Source: Lama glama (Eukaryota). Taken from it: a stretch of DNA of 64,000 nt. The position numbers and the translations under genes are program-made. Under the pieces are notes generated by a model. The model saw nothing but the letters and a program-made list of their open reading frames with translations, made no database searches and had not been told where the DNA came from. Below are positions 44,850-58,936 of the stretch, piece by piece (position 1 is the stretch's first letter; each line of letters starts with the position of its first letter). The stretch spans positions 78,122,001 to 78,186,000 of the forward strand of contig CM052816.1 in NCBI GenBank assembly GCA_028534125.1, in the 5' to 3' direction.

Positions 44850-46045
44850 ACAGACAAAAATTAACTTAAAATGGACCAAAGACCTAAATGTAAGTGCTAA
44901 AACAATAAAACTCACAGGAAAAAAAAACATAGGAGTAAATCTTCAAACCTTGGGTTAGATTACTTAGATATGACACCAAAAGCACAAGAAACAACATAAA
45001 AAAACAGATAAACTGGACTTCACCAAAATTTAAAATTATTATACTTCAAATTATACAATCAAGAAGGTGATAGGACAACCCACAGAATGAAAGAAAATAT
45101 TTGCAAATCATATGTCTGAGAAGGGACTTGTGTCCAGAAGGCATAAAGAACCCTTATAATTCAATAATAAATAAATATCCCAGCTGAAACAGGCATAAGA
45201 TCTGAAAAGACAGTCCTCCAAATAAGACATAGAATTAGCCGATAAGAACATGAAAACAGTGTTCAACATCGTAATTCTTAAGGAAAATACAAATCAAAAC
45301 CACAATGAGATAACACATCACATCCACTAGGATGGCTATAACCAAAAAGACAAACAATAGTATGTTTTGGTGAGGATGTGGAGAAATTGAACCCTCACAG
45401 AATACCAATGGGATTGTAAAATGATGCAACTACTATGAAAAACAGTTTGGCAGTTCCTCAAAATGTTAAACAGAGTTATCATATGACCTAGCAATTCCAC
45501 TCCTATACACTCCCAAAACACAAAAATATACGTCTATACAAAAACTTCTAGACAAATATAACATCATTATTCATAATAGCAAAAGAGTGTGAACACCCAA
45601 TGTCCATCAATTAATGCATTTTTACAATGTGGTATGTCCAGACAATAGAATATTATTTGGCCATAAAAAGGAATGAAGTACTGATACATGCTACAACACA
45701 GATGAACCTTGAAAATGTTATGCTAAGTGAAAGAAATCAGTCACAAAACACCATTTACTGTATTATTCCATTGATATGAAATGTCCAGAATAGGCAAAAC
45801 CATACAGACAGAAAGTAGATTGGTGGTTGCCAAAAGTTGGAGGCACGGTAGTGGAGGGAGAACAGGGAGTGAAAGTTAAAGGCTGCAGGGATGCTTTTAG
45901 GAAGGACAAAAATGTTTTAAAGTTAGATAGTGGTGATGATTGCACAATTCTATGGTTATGCTAAAAACCACTGAATTGCAAACCTGAAAATTATGAATTT
46001 TAGGGTATTAATTATAATCTCAATAAAGCTGTTACAAAAATTATA
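44850..46045 (+). mobile_element. 5'-truncated L1MB
   Basis: ORF2 end plus 3' UTR (gtccagaataggcaaa..catacagacagaaagtagatt...ctcaataaagctgtt). Confidence 0.9.
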
Positions 46046-46439
46046 AAATAATAGAGGAATATAACTAATGCAGAAGTAGCACAAGGAAGTATTCAATTCT
46101 CACTTTGTGCATCAGTGAAGGTCCTTAAAAGAGAAAAATGCTCTCCTTTCACAAGGAGAAAAGCTAGATCCTGATAAATGAAAAGGTTCTTCCTTGATGG
46201 AGACAGATCTGTCACTATGTTACCCAGAGAGTCACTACTTACATAGAGACCCTACACAAGAGAATGGAGTTGTACTGAGTATTGACCAGGGTCCAGATAG
46301 AAGGAGTATGTTGGAATGCATAAAAGGGAATTCATATTCAAAAACTGCTCATAGTTTGTAAGGATGGGGCATGAGACAGTATAGGAGAGACAAAAGAGGA
46401 CCCTGAGAAGCAGAAAAGGTCACATCCAATGGTAAAGGA

Positions 46440-46660
46440 AGGTGTAATGGATAAGCATATTATTCTGGAGTAGATTCCCCTAGATTTGAAACCTGGCTCC
46501 ACCGTTTACTAACAGGGTAGCTTTGGGTAACAGTGCCTCTGAGTATCAGTTTCCTTATCTGTCAAAAGAGGATAACAGAAGTAGGAGGAGTAAATGAGTT
46601 ATTTCACCTTAAGTATTTAGAATTTTGCTGCACAAAGGAAGTAACCACTTACTGTCAGTA
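46440..46660 (+). mobile_element. MIR
   Basis: ctggctccaccgtttactaac...ctctgagtatcagtttccttatctgtcaaa. Confidence 0.7.
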
Positions 46661-48334
46661 CCATTATTTGGTTCTAGATTTGAGTATACACTTATTTCTT
46701 TATCATAAATCAAACAAAAGGGGATTGAAGATACTGAACCGTGAATTACTTAATAGTGAATTCCTAGTTTGTTATAGCATCATTTTTTATAATAGTAAAA
46801 ATCAAGATTATGCCATTAACTCCTTGATTTAATCAAAAAATATTTAAATCCCCTTTATACTGTTCAAGGTTCTGTGGGATGCGGATGTGCATAAAGACTC
46901 ACTGATTCCAAACAAGATCAGTAATGAAATGGCAAAATAACCATCCAACAGCTGCCTGGTAGGCCACGTGAATCAACTTGGTGGTCTTGGTCTTATTTCA
47001 AATTTCATAATTAGCTGCACTTCCGGTACTCAGCACAAATAGTATGAACAAACTGTCTCTCCAAAGACTGAGGTCTATGAAAGAATTTTTTTAAAGTGCA
47101 CTCTGTTAACACTGCTTTAAAATGTACTTATATGCTACTCTATCAATTTGGCACTCAAAAATACAAAATATATTCAAATGCAAACTTTATAATCTTGGTA
47201 ACAGGGAAGTACCTAATTCCACTGAAAGACAAACTATATCAACTTCGGTAAATATTTATGATTTTGTAAAAATTATTTAAAAGCACTTTTTTAAAAAAGC
47301 ACTAAGAAATCTTTTTCAAAATTGACATATGCAAATCTTTCACTTTTAACCATGTATAGAAGGGGTGAAAGATCAAGGGAGATGTTTTACTTTCAAATAC
47401 TGTGTTTATATCTACTAAACTGAAAAACTGATGTCTATTTCTATGGCTTCTTTAACATTTAGAAGAGTGTAAAAATTAATTACATGACTTTTGCTCTTAA
47501 GAATACTTAACTAGTTGGGAAGATAGAAGAAAACAAAATGAGATCAATAAATAAAGTAGCTCAAAGTAAAATTTTAAAATAATAAAGTGAGAGTAAAAAA
47601 TGGGGGGAAATTTAATTACATTGAATTCAGTTTTTTAAAAACAACATTAAGGTAAAGTGAAACATAACTGAAACAGAGCCAAAAGGTGAGGCTTACTAGG
47701 AAGATAAAAAGAACTGGAAAGAAAAGAGAAATTAAGGAAAAGATAAAAAGGAAGAGGATTCCACATAGATAAATAAGAAGTAAAGGACTCTGGGAGGGCC
47801 AATTACAAAAGTATTCATAGAACTATAAAGTGTAAATAATTTAACCCTCTGAACCTAAGATCAAAAATATAAAGTGTGAAAAAAATTGCAGTGTTATAAC
47901 CAGAGAGAGTTGGGGGAATAAAAGAAGAAGAGAATTTCATTCCTTCACAGAAAGTACTAACGACAGTAAAAATCCTTGGGTAAAGGGAAAAAAAGGTTTT
48001 GAGAAAGAAAGGGATGTGCCAAGTGATTATATGGAGAAATGAACAAGGGCTCCGTGAATCCAGAAGATAGATATATGGCTATAATAAATAATAAAGGATA
48101 CAAGGGAGAACATAATAACATTCTTTCATGATTACAAGAAAAGTAGTCAATTGAAAAGGAGACCTAAATTTTCATAAAAGAGGGACATAAAAAGGTTGGA
48201 TTAAAATATCTTAAAATGAATTTAAATTTTTAGACAGTTTATTTAATCTTTAACAAAATTTAAGTTATTACTACATCAAATCTCAGAATACACCAAATCT
48301 TAGAATCTGCAAAGAATGAATCAGGTATTATTAC

Positions 48335-48605
48335 ACACCATTGCTGGCTTGAAGATGAAGGGGCCACATTCAAGAACTGGGAAGCAGCTTCTAGTTCCTG
48401 AGAACAACCTCTGGCCACAATCACAAGGAAATGAACTCTGCCAACAATCTAGCTGAGCTTGGAAGCAGATTCTTCTCCAGAACTTCCAGAGAAGATTCCC
48501 ACCCTAACCTGATTTTGAGCAAGTAATCAGAGAATTCGGTCCAGCGTTCCCAGACTTCTGATCTACCGAACTGTGAACCAATAAATGTTATTTTAAGTCA
48601 CTAAA
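48335..48605 (+). mobile_element. MaLR MLT1D/E LTR fragment
   Basis: tgctggcttgaagatgaagggg...caaggaaatgaactctgccaacaa..gagcttggaagcagattcttc...aataaatg. Confidence 0.8.
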
Positions 48606-49669
48606 AAAACCAAAACAAAATAAAAATACTATGGCAACTTTAACAGTACATAATAAAAATGCATCAGATCACCAAAATTTTCACCATAATAAACAGCTGT
48701 AAAATGGATGACATAAGCTTAAAAATTTTTTTCACTCATCTTGTAAAATAAGTCTTTGTTCATTTGGGCTTGTGGTTATGTTCAATGATGAATTATGTAA
48801 AGCTTTGAATTAAAAACTTGAATTTTCTTACCATTTTATTTTCCTTAAGAAAGGTATTATTTTATTGGAAGTTGGAAGTAATTTTTCCAACTAAAGTTTA
48901 TAAAGCATAAAATGGCATTACAGACTATACATGATCAACCTTGGCAGGAATATTAAGAGGTATGTTTTTACAAAAAATAATCAAAGCCTTCATGAATTTT
49001 CTATTCAAATCGTTTATCAATCTTGTTAAATTTCTCTTTTTCAGTTAAGAACTGGTCCAACTTAACTAGATCCTCATCTGACGACGACTCTGGGTGGAGT
49101 GAAGGACATCCTTAACATCACTTCCACAGACTTAATGAAATTTTACATCTGCAAGATTTGCAACTCACTGATAGCAGTTTGCCAGAATTTAATGTTAAAT
49201 ACTTATATGTTAAAACAACTTGTAATTGTGGAGACTACAATCAGTCAGATAAAAGTACCCTCCTGTCTTCTTCATTGCACTTAATTATGCTTTGTGTTGT
49301 CTGCATAAACTAGTCCATCTTACCCACTATACACTAATTCCTGAGAATAGAGAAAATGGCCCATACTAGCTGTGTCATTCACATTGCAGGTGCATAAAAT
49401 AAAATCTCCTGATCAGAGGCAGAAAGGACCCATACTAGGGACTGTTCCTGGCAGCCACCTGAAAGAATACAAAATCTCACCTAGCAATGAGAGCTTAAAA
49501 AGGTCTGCATCCATCTAACAAGGGAACTGTGGTAGAACCAGCCAGGAAATGTGAGAGGGGACTGTTACTCCTGAGTTTCTAAAGGTTAACTGTGACTAGA
49601 TCAGAAGTAGCTCTCAGTCCATGAAATGTTTAGGGGAAAGAGAGTAAGTATAACCACAGCCAAAGATGG

Positions 49670-50230
49670 CCATGTATTCAACAAATATTCCTTGAGTATC
49701 TACTATGTGCCAAGTACAACAGGTCAAGCCACTGAGGATACAATAGTGAAAGAGACAGTGTTATTGCCCTTATGAAACTTAAATTACTATGAAGAGAAAG
49801 ACAATAAACCAATAAAAATGTCAGCTAATGGAGCATCAGAATGCAGTGGAATGCAGGTGGAATACTTGTATAAGGTAGTCAAAGAGACAACACTTGAACA
49901 AAGATCCAAATGAAATGAGGGCATCATGCGAAGCTCCTAGTGTTACTTCCCACAGAGGAAAGACAAAATAGAAAGGCTCTATGAGGGATCAAGCTTAGCT
50001 GTTCAAAGAAAAGCAGAAAAGTCAACATGAGTAGAGAAGAGGGAGCAAGACAGGAGTGGAAGGAGATTAAGTCAGAGAGATCTGCAGAAGCCAAGTCATG
50101 CAGAGCCTTAGAGGTCAAGACAAGGATTTCTTAACATGTGACAGAAAGAAATTGCAAAGTTTACTGACAGGAAAGTAACCAAAAAAAGCAGGGAAGTAAC
50201 AAAATCTGATATGTGCTTTTTAAAGTTTGG
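49670..50230 (-). mobile_element. L2a fragment
   Basis: tattcaacaaatatt..ttgagtatctactatgtgccaag...gtcatgcagagcctt. Confidence 0.7.
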
Positions 50231-51854
50231 GTTCACTCTGGTGAACAGAGAAATAAACCTTATTTGACCTTACAGAGTTAAATTATAAAGAAGCCATCCT
50301 TAAAATTCCTGCCATTAAGCCTTATTCTATACAGGAATCTGTTACTGATTTTAAAAGCTTAAAGACAGAAAATAAATTGCAAATATATTCCTGTCAAATT
50401 CTCAAATCAGAAAAGAATAAAAAATTCACTCTACATTATTTTTTAAGTAATTTATTCCAGCATTAATCTCAACCTGAATCTCACCTGTTCCAGTATGTAA
50501 GAAGACATTGTTTGTAAGATTATTTTTTTTCTGTCCACTGTAGACAGGAGACAGTTGAAAACAATGGATTCACGCCAAAAGCCAAAATGCTTCTATTGCC
50601 CCCTAGTGCCCATCTTAAAGAATGAAGACCTTCCCACAGTAGTTTGGAAACAGTAATGAACACATTCACTGGATTTTGGAGTAGAGCTTTTAGCATCCTC
50701 TACTGACAGAATCTTGCAGGTGTAAGCAGGTGTAACTAAATTGCTCTGTTTTAAAGAATATTCATTTTCCTCCAAAGTTAAAATCATTGTTTCCTAACAG
50801 TTTTTTAACTTTTCTTTCTCATCAGCTGCAATTAAATTAAAACTGGTCATTAATCAATTATTGGTAATGATGATGAAAATGATACAACGCAGCAATTTTA
50901 AGTACTTAGTATGTGTCAATCCTATATTGTTTACATAAATCATTTCAATCCTCATATAATCAACTCCTGAGAACTAAAAGAGAGTTTTTTTCCACTTTTA
51001 ATTCATCAAACTTTCCCTGTGCATGAGGGACAGAGACTGACTGATACAGGTGGTTGGCAATGATCAAGGCCAAGGGGATGAGAAGCCTCAGACAAAAAGT
51101 CAGGGAAGCACAGTGGTGGCCCAAACTTGGACTCTCCACCACAGAACGTGCCAACCAGGGAGTCAGAGAAAGTTCATGGAAAACAGGTGCTCACAACCAA
51201 AAAGTCACTGTTACATCTAGCCTTTAGTTACAGTCATAAAAATGCAACTTTCAATTTTCTGTAGTAATGGGAAATGGGATAGCAAGGATAATGAAAATCC
51301 TCAATAATCTCAAAGTTTCCATTTGATTATGTTACAACTTTCTTTACCTTTAAAATAAAAAAACAGAATTACACACATGTAATAGATACAGTTTAAAAAT
51401 CATATTTCACCTCTTTCCTGACTCTACCTATCCCTCTGAATTTTTGTTCACTTATTTAGCTCAAAGCAAAACAATAATAATACATTTGAAATATTCACTA
51501 AATACTTCAAATTATTTAACAGTTGGTATAGTTTGACAAGGTTTGCATACCATTTTCATTTGCATTCTATTTGAAAGAGTAATTTTATTACCACTGTAGA
51601 TAAGTAAAATGGAACAAAGGAAGAATGAGTGAAAAGCAGGCTTATCATCAAAAGAAATTATGATATACAACACTAACATTTCCAATCCAGTGACTTCAGC
51701 AGTAACACTGAACCAACTAGTAACCAGCAACTGAAGTAAATGCATATTTAAAAAAATTAGAGACAATCAGGTGGTATAGCTCTAACGTAACTACTCATAT
51801 GTTCTCTCATAATTTTCCTTCCAACTCTAGTGCTATGAAAACTTTTTTAAAAAG

Positions 51855-52020
51855 TCTGTGACTAGAAGAGGGCACAAAGAACCATCAGGGTGACAGGAAT
51901 GTCCTCTAACTTGTTTGGGATGGTGGCTACACTCGCTGTATATACAACTGTCAAAACTGTTTAAAATGAAATCTTAAGATCTGTGCGCATTATTATATAT
52001 AATTATACCTCAATCAAAAC
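51855..52020 (+). mobile_element. Old L1ME 3' end
   Basis: gggtgacaggaatgtcctcta.cttg...aattatacctcaat. Confidence 0.7.
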
Positions 52021-53594
52021 AAAAATAATTTGTTTTAAGTTTTGTGGGACTGGTTTTAAGAAGAGAAAATCACGGCTTTTTTTTTTTTTTGCCGCATTTA
52101 ACTGGTAGGTTCATAAGCAGGTATAGCCTATATAACTAAATTAATTAATCTCAACCATGGGTCACCTCTTGCAATTATTAAACTACTATGTAACTAAATT
52201 TTAGGCTTAGGACAAGGCATATATAATGGTGCTTACAAACACAGGTGTCTATTTGCATTTTCATGCTCATATTTCTTCTGTTCACTCCTCTATCCCTACT
52301 TCCACTTTCCATGTAAAAACTAGAGATTGACATGTCAAAAAGAGAATCTCTCAAATGTCATAAAATGAAATTTTCAATTATAAAAACCAAATACATTCAA
52401 TTCCACTTGACAAATATTTATTCTATGTAATAAAGGCACTACACTAGAAGGTATGAGTTTTAAAAAATTACTGTGCTATTTATATACAGATCTCTATACT
52501 TAAGGTCATTACAAAAGATTGCAAAGGCAGAGGCATTAACACAAGAATACAAATATTATGTCACAAGAAAAATAGTTTGTTTGCTATAGAAAGTAGAAAA
52601 CAGACCTAGGAAGTAGCACATACAGCTGGCATCTGGAGAGGATGCTTGGAGGAAATGGTCTCTGAAGGTTAGACAGAATTTAACAAGCAGAAACTGGAGG
52701 AGTGGGAAGGAAGCATTAAAGTTTTGATCAGTGTCCATTCAAAACTAGCAGACTCATTTGTCAGACACAATTAATGGGCAAACAGGAATTCATGAGGTCT
52801 AATATACTTAACAAACGAGGCCTTCTCTATATTAGCCTATTCTAATGAGAGATTAGATATGTCCTTGAAAAAATCTTGAACAACTGATAGAACCAGTGCT
52901 AAATGAGGAATGAATTATGTCTGTTGTGGAAAAGAAAGCAGGGAGGAGGTGAAACTCCTTTTTAAAAAATGATAATCATAAACTCAAAGAAGGAAAATTG
53001 CTTAGTTTACAGTTACAACTTGCCTCATTAAAGAAGCACATTCTCCTAAATTAAAAGCATTTAAAATGTACTTTCTTTGTTAAGATTTCTTACTGGAATC
53101 CTTTTATCAAATTAAAACAAAAGAAATCCATGCCTATGACTCCATTTCCTTTATGAATGTTTCAGTGATCCTCTATATAAATGACCTTGACATATATGGC
53201 TGAAATTGACTAAAATCTTAGCCAAGACTACTTTTATGGAATCTTTCTTTAACAAAATGAGCCAAAAAGATTACACCTCATTTGGAAGAATAACTAAAGC
53301 TAATTAATAACTTATTTAGAATAACTAAATAGCAAGATGAAACAGACAGGAATTCAAAGGAAATCATGCATGCTAATACAGTAACCAAATCCTAAGAGTT
53401 TAAAGATTGCGTTAGTATCCATAAACTTTCTTTTGCTACTTTGGAGAAAGGCAGCTAATATGTTCACAATATACAAAATGAAATCAAATTATAGAATATA
53501 CGTATGTATGTCATATAATATTAAAGGACTACTCCATTACTACCAGTGAAAGCACCAAGAACTGAATATAAACTCATGCACACTACATAGTTCC

Positions 53595-54000
53595 TAGCTG
53601 GCTCTCCGCATCATCCATCCTTTGTAGTGGAAGCATTAAGTTTTAGCTAGAACCCTGGATTCCTAAAGTGAATATTGTATTTCTCACATAATAGAAAGAT
53701 ATGAAGTTCAAAATGAGTAGCTGTCTATCCATTCTGCCTTCCTGCTGACAAAACTGCAAAAATAATACAGCTAAAAAATACGGCTAGAGTGTCCAAGATG
53801 AAGCTGACACATTGAGGATAGCAGGACAAAAAGACAGCCTAGTTCTGTGATATCCTGAACCTGAAACTAGTGATGGTCCTTTTAACTCTTGATTTCATCT
53901 ATGTAAAAGAGGGGGAAAAAAAGACTTCTGTCTTGTTTAAGCCACTGTTATTTTCCATTTTCTGTCACCGGCAGCCAAATCAATAATGTACTAACTGATA
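53595..54000 (+). mobile_element. MaLR MLT1J-like LTR
   Basis: gatgaagctgacaca.tgaggatagcag...ttgtttaagccactgtta..tttctgtcac..gcagccaaa...ctaactgata. Confidence 0.7.
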
Positions 54001-55773
54001 ATGTAGGTTCACCACTTAAAACAGGCTCAGAGCTCAAGGCCACTGGCTTCCAAATAGGGTAGGAAGCACAGCAATGTTAAAAGCACAGACAACCCAGATT
54101 TGAATAGTAACTCTACCACTTAATAGTGAGATAAGGGAGCAAATAAGGTTGGGAAAAAAATCTCCGTGGGAAAATTTTTGAGAAAGGTTTACTGATCATT
54201 TAGCGATTCTTATTCAAATTCTTTTTTGTACTGAAAAGCTTTATAGAGTTATTTATATTCAAATGGATCTCTCACTAAGATTACTCCTAATTTTTTGTTG
54301 TTCCTGTTGTGAAATGGGTATCTCTTCTTCAATTTTAACCCTTTAAACTGGACTCATTAATCTGTTGCTTTTTTAATATTAGTCTGTTTTGATTAGCCCC
54401 TTTTTGTTTTAGAGTCACAAAAAATACAATATTCTCACTTCTTCCTTTTTAGTCTTGATTATTTCAGTTTGTTTAATTAGCAAAAATGTCTAGAATAATA
54501 TAATAATGTGACAGTTACCATTTTTCATTCCTGGTTTTAAAGGGAATACTCTAATGCTGCTTAGATATGTATAGCCTAACACTGACTGGTGATATGAAGC
54601 ATGAATGAATTATTTAATATGACATTAAACTTTCCTCTGAGTTTCATTCTTAAATGTTTTTTATTAGGAATCATAAATTTTATAAACTCCCTTTTTGTTA
54701 TATATTAAAACAGATGATTGCAATGATAAATCCCAGGCGTCGTTATAAGGGTTCCACACATATTCATTCACTTATTCGATCATCCACACAAGTTGAGTGA
54801 AACTCACACAGCTTGAAAGTGAAAGAGCTCCGCCTGATTTCAAAGTCCATTTCCTTAATCACTGCTCTCTACTATGGCCTCCCTATGTCTGTATCTTGTC
54901 TCTTTTTATTGCCTGGAATACAATCATAGTAGTCCAGTCAATAGTGGAAGCTGGGCGATGACTTAAGCGGCTACTAATGTTGAAGTGGTATCAGATTAGC
55001 CTAAGGTGACAGCAATGGAAACAGAAATTGAGAGATCTGGTATCTTTGGAGATAGAGCTGATGAGAGTTGATAATGAATTAGAGATTAGATGTGGGGTAA
55101 GAAGGAAAGATAGGAATCAGTAATGGTGACTAGGTTTTGTGGCCTACCTATAGCAAATATTTAGAACTGCTTCTTGTGTTTTATATTAACTTTATTTATG
55201 TACCTTTGTTTTACCTTTTTCATTCATTCTTTCTAATTTTTGCCTTCTTAGAGCATTTCACTTCATTAAATCCTTCTTGGAACAAAGTAAATCATAAAAA
55301 AAAAAGTTTATGCACTAGTACTTAACATTTATTTTATATTCATATTCAATCTTGTTCTGTTTGGGTTTTTTTCTATATCTGTTCCAGATTTTTGAATTAA
55401 GATCATAATTGCCTTATAATAAAGGACTGCTGCTTGTAATCCCATTATTTGTTTCCAATGACAGGCACAGTTAATGATCAATGTGGAAACTGGAAAAGAA
55501 CAGAAAAGTATAGCGCAGAAACAAACATTAACCTCACTCCCACAACCCAGAAGCAAGTAATGTGAGGACTTTTTTCCACACGTATGTTTCACTTAAAATT
55601 CCAAAATCATACTGCCTATACAGTTTTTTATCCTTTCCTATTGCTACCGAAAACTCTTATTAAATATGGCAGATGACTACATATTTTTATATGACTACAC
55701 AACAATTTACTGGTCCTTCCTCCATTATTTTGTATTTACAATATTTCAAATTATTCTAATATTTTATATATGC

Positions 55774-55933
55774 CAGTTATTTTCAAACTTCTTTAGACAT
55801 AGAATCTGCCAAGAGAAAGCTCTGAGCAAGCCTAACGCAACAGAGCTGGCCTTGTTGAATATCGGTGCGGGACCCAATCCCACCACAACCACCCTCCAGG
55901 AGTATTCCATGGAACATATTCTGAAAACCACTA
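55774..55933 (-). mobile_element. Complete 160-bp hAT MITE (Charlie4z-like)
   Basis: TIRs cagttattttcaaac / ctgaaaaccacta. 8-bp TSD atatatgc (55766-55773) and ttatatgc (55934-55941). Confidence 0.75.
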
Positions 55934-56574
55934 TTATATGCAGTAGTGATAAACATGTTTGTGCATAAAGCTTGTCCCAAACTTCCTCAGGATAGAATCC
56001 CAGAAGTGATATTACTGAGTTTAAATGAAATGAACATTTTTAAGGCTCCTGATATTTAGTAATACGGTTTCAATAATAAAAAAATAAACTGTGAGAGCTA
56101 CTGCCTCAATTCCTAGAATATCTACCTATCACAGCCCTTCACAAAATATGACAGTTATGATTTAATAGATATAATTCAAGATAGGCCTAAAAAGACATAA
56201 AAATGGGTGAGATTCCAAAGGCCAGGAACTTACCATCCCTCCTATCTTATCTTCAGAAATAATTAAACACTAATGTTTCTAGAGATATCAACCTTCACAT
56301 AACATGAAAAATATTTTTTACAAAATAAAAATCAAAATAAATATTACATCTAAGCCATTTGGGAGAAAGAATATTCCTACATAAATTTTATGTGAAAACC
56401 TCACAGTGGCTTCATTAGCACAGAGAAACAGAGGAGCAATTCCCTAATCCTTCTTTTTCGGAAACATTATTTTGTAGGATCCCATGTTCTTAAGTATCCG
56501 TGAGGCATGATACAGATCATAACCTAACTTAGATAACCTATGACCCCAACTGTGACTCTTTAAGTAAGCAGGCA

Positions 56575-56760
56575 CAAGTGGTTTGGGAAGAGGTGCACCA
56601 GAATAACCTAGGGAACCTTTTCTTACAACACAGGTTGCAGGAGTTGAGGCAGGTTCACCCTAGTCCTATTGAATTGATCTCCTGATTACAGAACCTAAGA
56701 GTATATATATTTTCAGCTGTACCAAAGATGATTCTTACATTCAGATCAAGAATCACTGGT
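56575..56760. mobile_element. MER5A-like MITE
   Basis: gtgcaccagaataacctaggg...gatgattctta...aagaatcactg. Confidence 0.6.
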
Positions 56761-56764
56761 AAGT

Positions 56765-56826
56765 TCTGCTCAATTCTGTTGTGAACCTGAAACTGCTCTA
56801 AAAGAATAAAGTCTACTAAAAAAAAA
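56765..56826 (+). mobile_element. Tiny L1MB-type 3' terminus insertion
   Basis: tctgctcaattctgttgtgaacctgaaactgctctaaaagaataaagtcta plus A-tail. TSD aatcac(t/c)ggtaagt at 56751-56764 and 56827-56840. Confidence 0.8.
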
Positions 56827-56840
56827 AATCACCGGTAAGT

Positions 56841-57245
56841 CTATTTTTAGTTTTTTAAGGAATCTCCATACTGCTTTCCATAGTGGCTGCACAAAACTAC
56901 ATTCCCACAAACAGTGTAGGATAGTTCCCTTTTCTCCACACTCTTTCCAGCATTTATTGTTTGTGGACTTTTAAATGATGGCCATTCTGATTGGTGTGAG
57001 GTGATACCTCATTGTAGTTTTGATTTGCATTTCTCTGATAATTAGTGATATTGAATATTTTTTCATGGGCCTATTGGCCATTTGTATGTATAGCACAGGC
57101 AAGTATATTCAATATCTTGCAGAAACCTATAATGAAAAAGACTATGAAAAGGAATATATGTGTATATATGTATGACTGAAACATTATGCTGTACCCCAGA
57201 AATTGACACATTGTAAACTGACTACATGTCAATTTAAAAAAAAAA
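56841..57245 (+). mobile_element. 5'-inverted (twin-primed) young L1
   Basis: Antisense ORF2 C-terminal piece 56841-57089 is joined by a tgt overlap to a sense 3' terminus and A-tail at 57087-57245. Confidence 0.85.
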
Positions 57246-57900
57246 TAACTGGGTTAAAAATATTTTTAAAAATATTTTTCCATTAATTTCAATAATACTT
57301 GCTGAAATACTTAGCCACCCAAGTATATAAACTTGGCTGCCTTCCTACTAAGCAGAATGTCTCTCTAAAAAGCCACAGTGATTTGCAAATTCCTGAGCAA
57401 CAAAAAAATCAAATTGTATTCACGAATCCCCAGGAGTCATGCTTGCTGTGGTGGTTTATTTTCCCTCATCTAGGGAATGAGTACTATTACTTGCAATGTG
57501 ACTTGTGTTACAAATAGTTTAATCCTGCAGCAGCAGGAAAAGGGACCGAAGATCCCAGAGGCAAAGAGACAACCCAAATGACTACAGCAAACGTTTAAGG
57601 GGGAGAAAGCAAAAGCCTGAGTTTGACCTTAAACGTTGAATTTAGAACACTGTTGGAGCTTAAATATGGACATGATTCACGAGTGGTTAGAAACCTGCAT
57701 CTGAAGTTCAAATGAGAGGAGGCAATGCCTCCAGTTGCTCTGAGCAAATAGGAGTCATGAGTATAGGAAGATGTAAGAAACTCCACCCTGGCCAAATATG
57801 AAATGAAAAGGTAGATAAGGACATATCCTCAAGAATGCTTACGGTTGGAGAAATTTAAGGAAATACGAAGCAGTAGAAGAGACTTAGCAGAAATGTAAGC

Positions 57901-58260
57901 AGTACAAGTCAGCTCAGGCTACCTTAACAAAATACCACAGACTAGGTGGCTTAAAGATCACAAATTTATTTTCTCACAGTTCTGGAGGCTAGAAGTCCAT
58001 GATCAAGGTGCCCAGCAAATCTGGTTTCTGTTGAAGACTTTCTTCCTGGTTTGTAAATAGCCATCTTCTTGCTTTTATGTACAGACCTAGCTCTCTGGTG
58101 TCTCTTCTTAAAGGGACACTATTTCTATTTGGATCAGGGCCACCCTATGACCTAACTTAACCTTGATTACTTCCAAAGAGGCTCATTTCCAAATACAAGT
58201 CACAATGAAGGTTAGGTCTTCAATATATGAATTGGGGGAGGGGAGCACACATTCATAACA
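57901..58260 (-). mobile_element. MaLR MLT1A-like solo LTR
   Basis: aacaaaataccacagactaggtggcttaaa...tctcacagttctggaggctagaagtcc...cataaca. Confidence 0.9.
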
Positions 58261-58936
58261 AACAAACATAATAAAACTCATTCTCACATATCATAGTTCA
58301 ACCTAAATATTACCTACTCTATGAACTACCCAAAATAGCTAAATACATCTTTTTCTTGTCCACAGCACACTGTGGCCTAGATGTGTGGTTGTTGTTGCTC
58401 CTGATTTTCCATGTGTGCTTAAAAAGAAAATGTTAGATAACGGTTCTACATATGTTCAATAGATAAAACTTGTGTATTTGTATTGCTAAATCCTATACTT
58501 TTACTAATTGTTATCTTTAATTTCTGAACAATTCTCCATTATGATTGTAGATTTGTCCATTTCCCCTTATAATTCTGTCAATTTCTGCTTTGATTATATT
58601 GTGTTAAAATGCAAGAGGTTAAGGAACACCAAATTTTCCCAGAGAACAAATTGTTTCTTTTACTGTTGGGAATAACCCTCATTTTGCTAATTAGGATTAT
58701 AACTTAGATTATTTTGTCTTTACATTAATTTTATAATGCTAATCAGTTATCTTTTGATTAGCATTTTCCTGCTATATTCTCTTCTATCCCTTTTTTTCCA
58801 ACCTTTCTACATCATTACATTTTAGGTGCATCATTTATAAACAGAATATGCCTGAATTTTTTTAATTCAATCTGAGAATTTTTATCTTTTAAATGGAAAG
58901 TTTAGTCCATTTACATCTATTATGAATACTGACATA

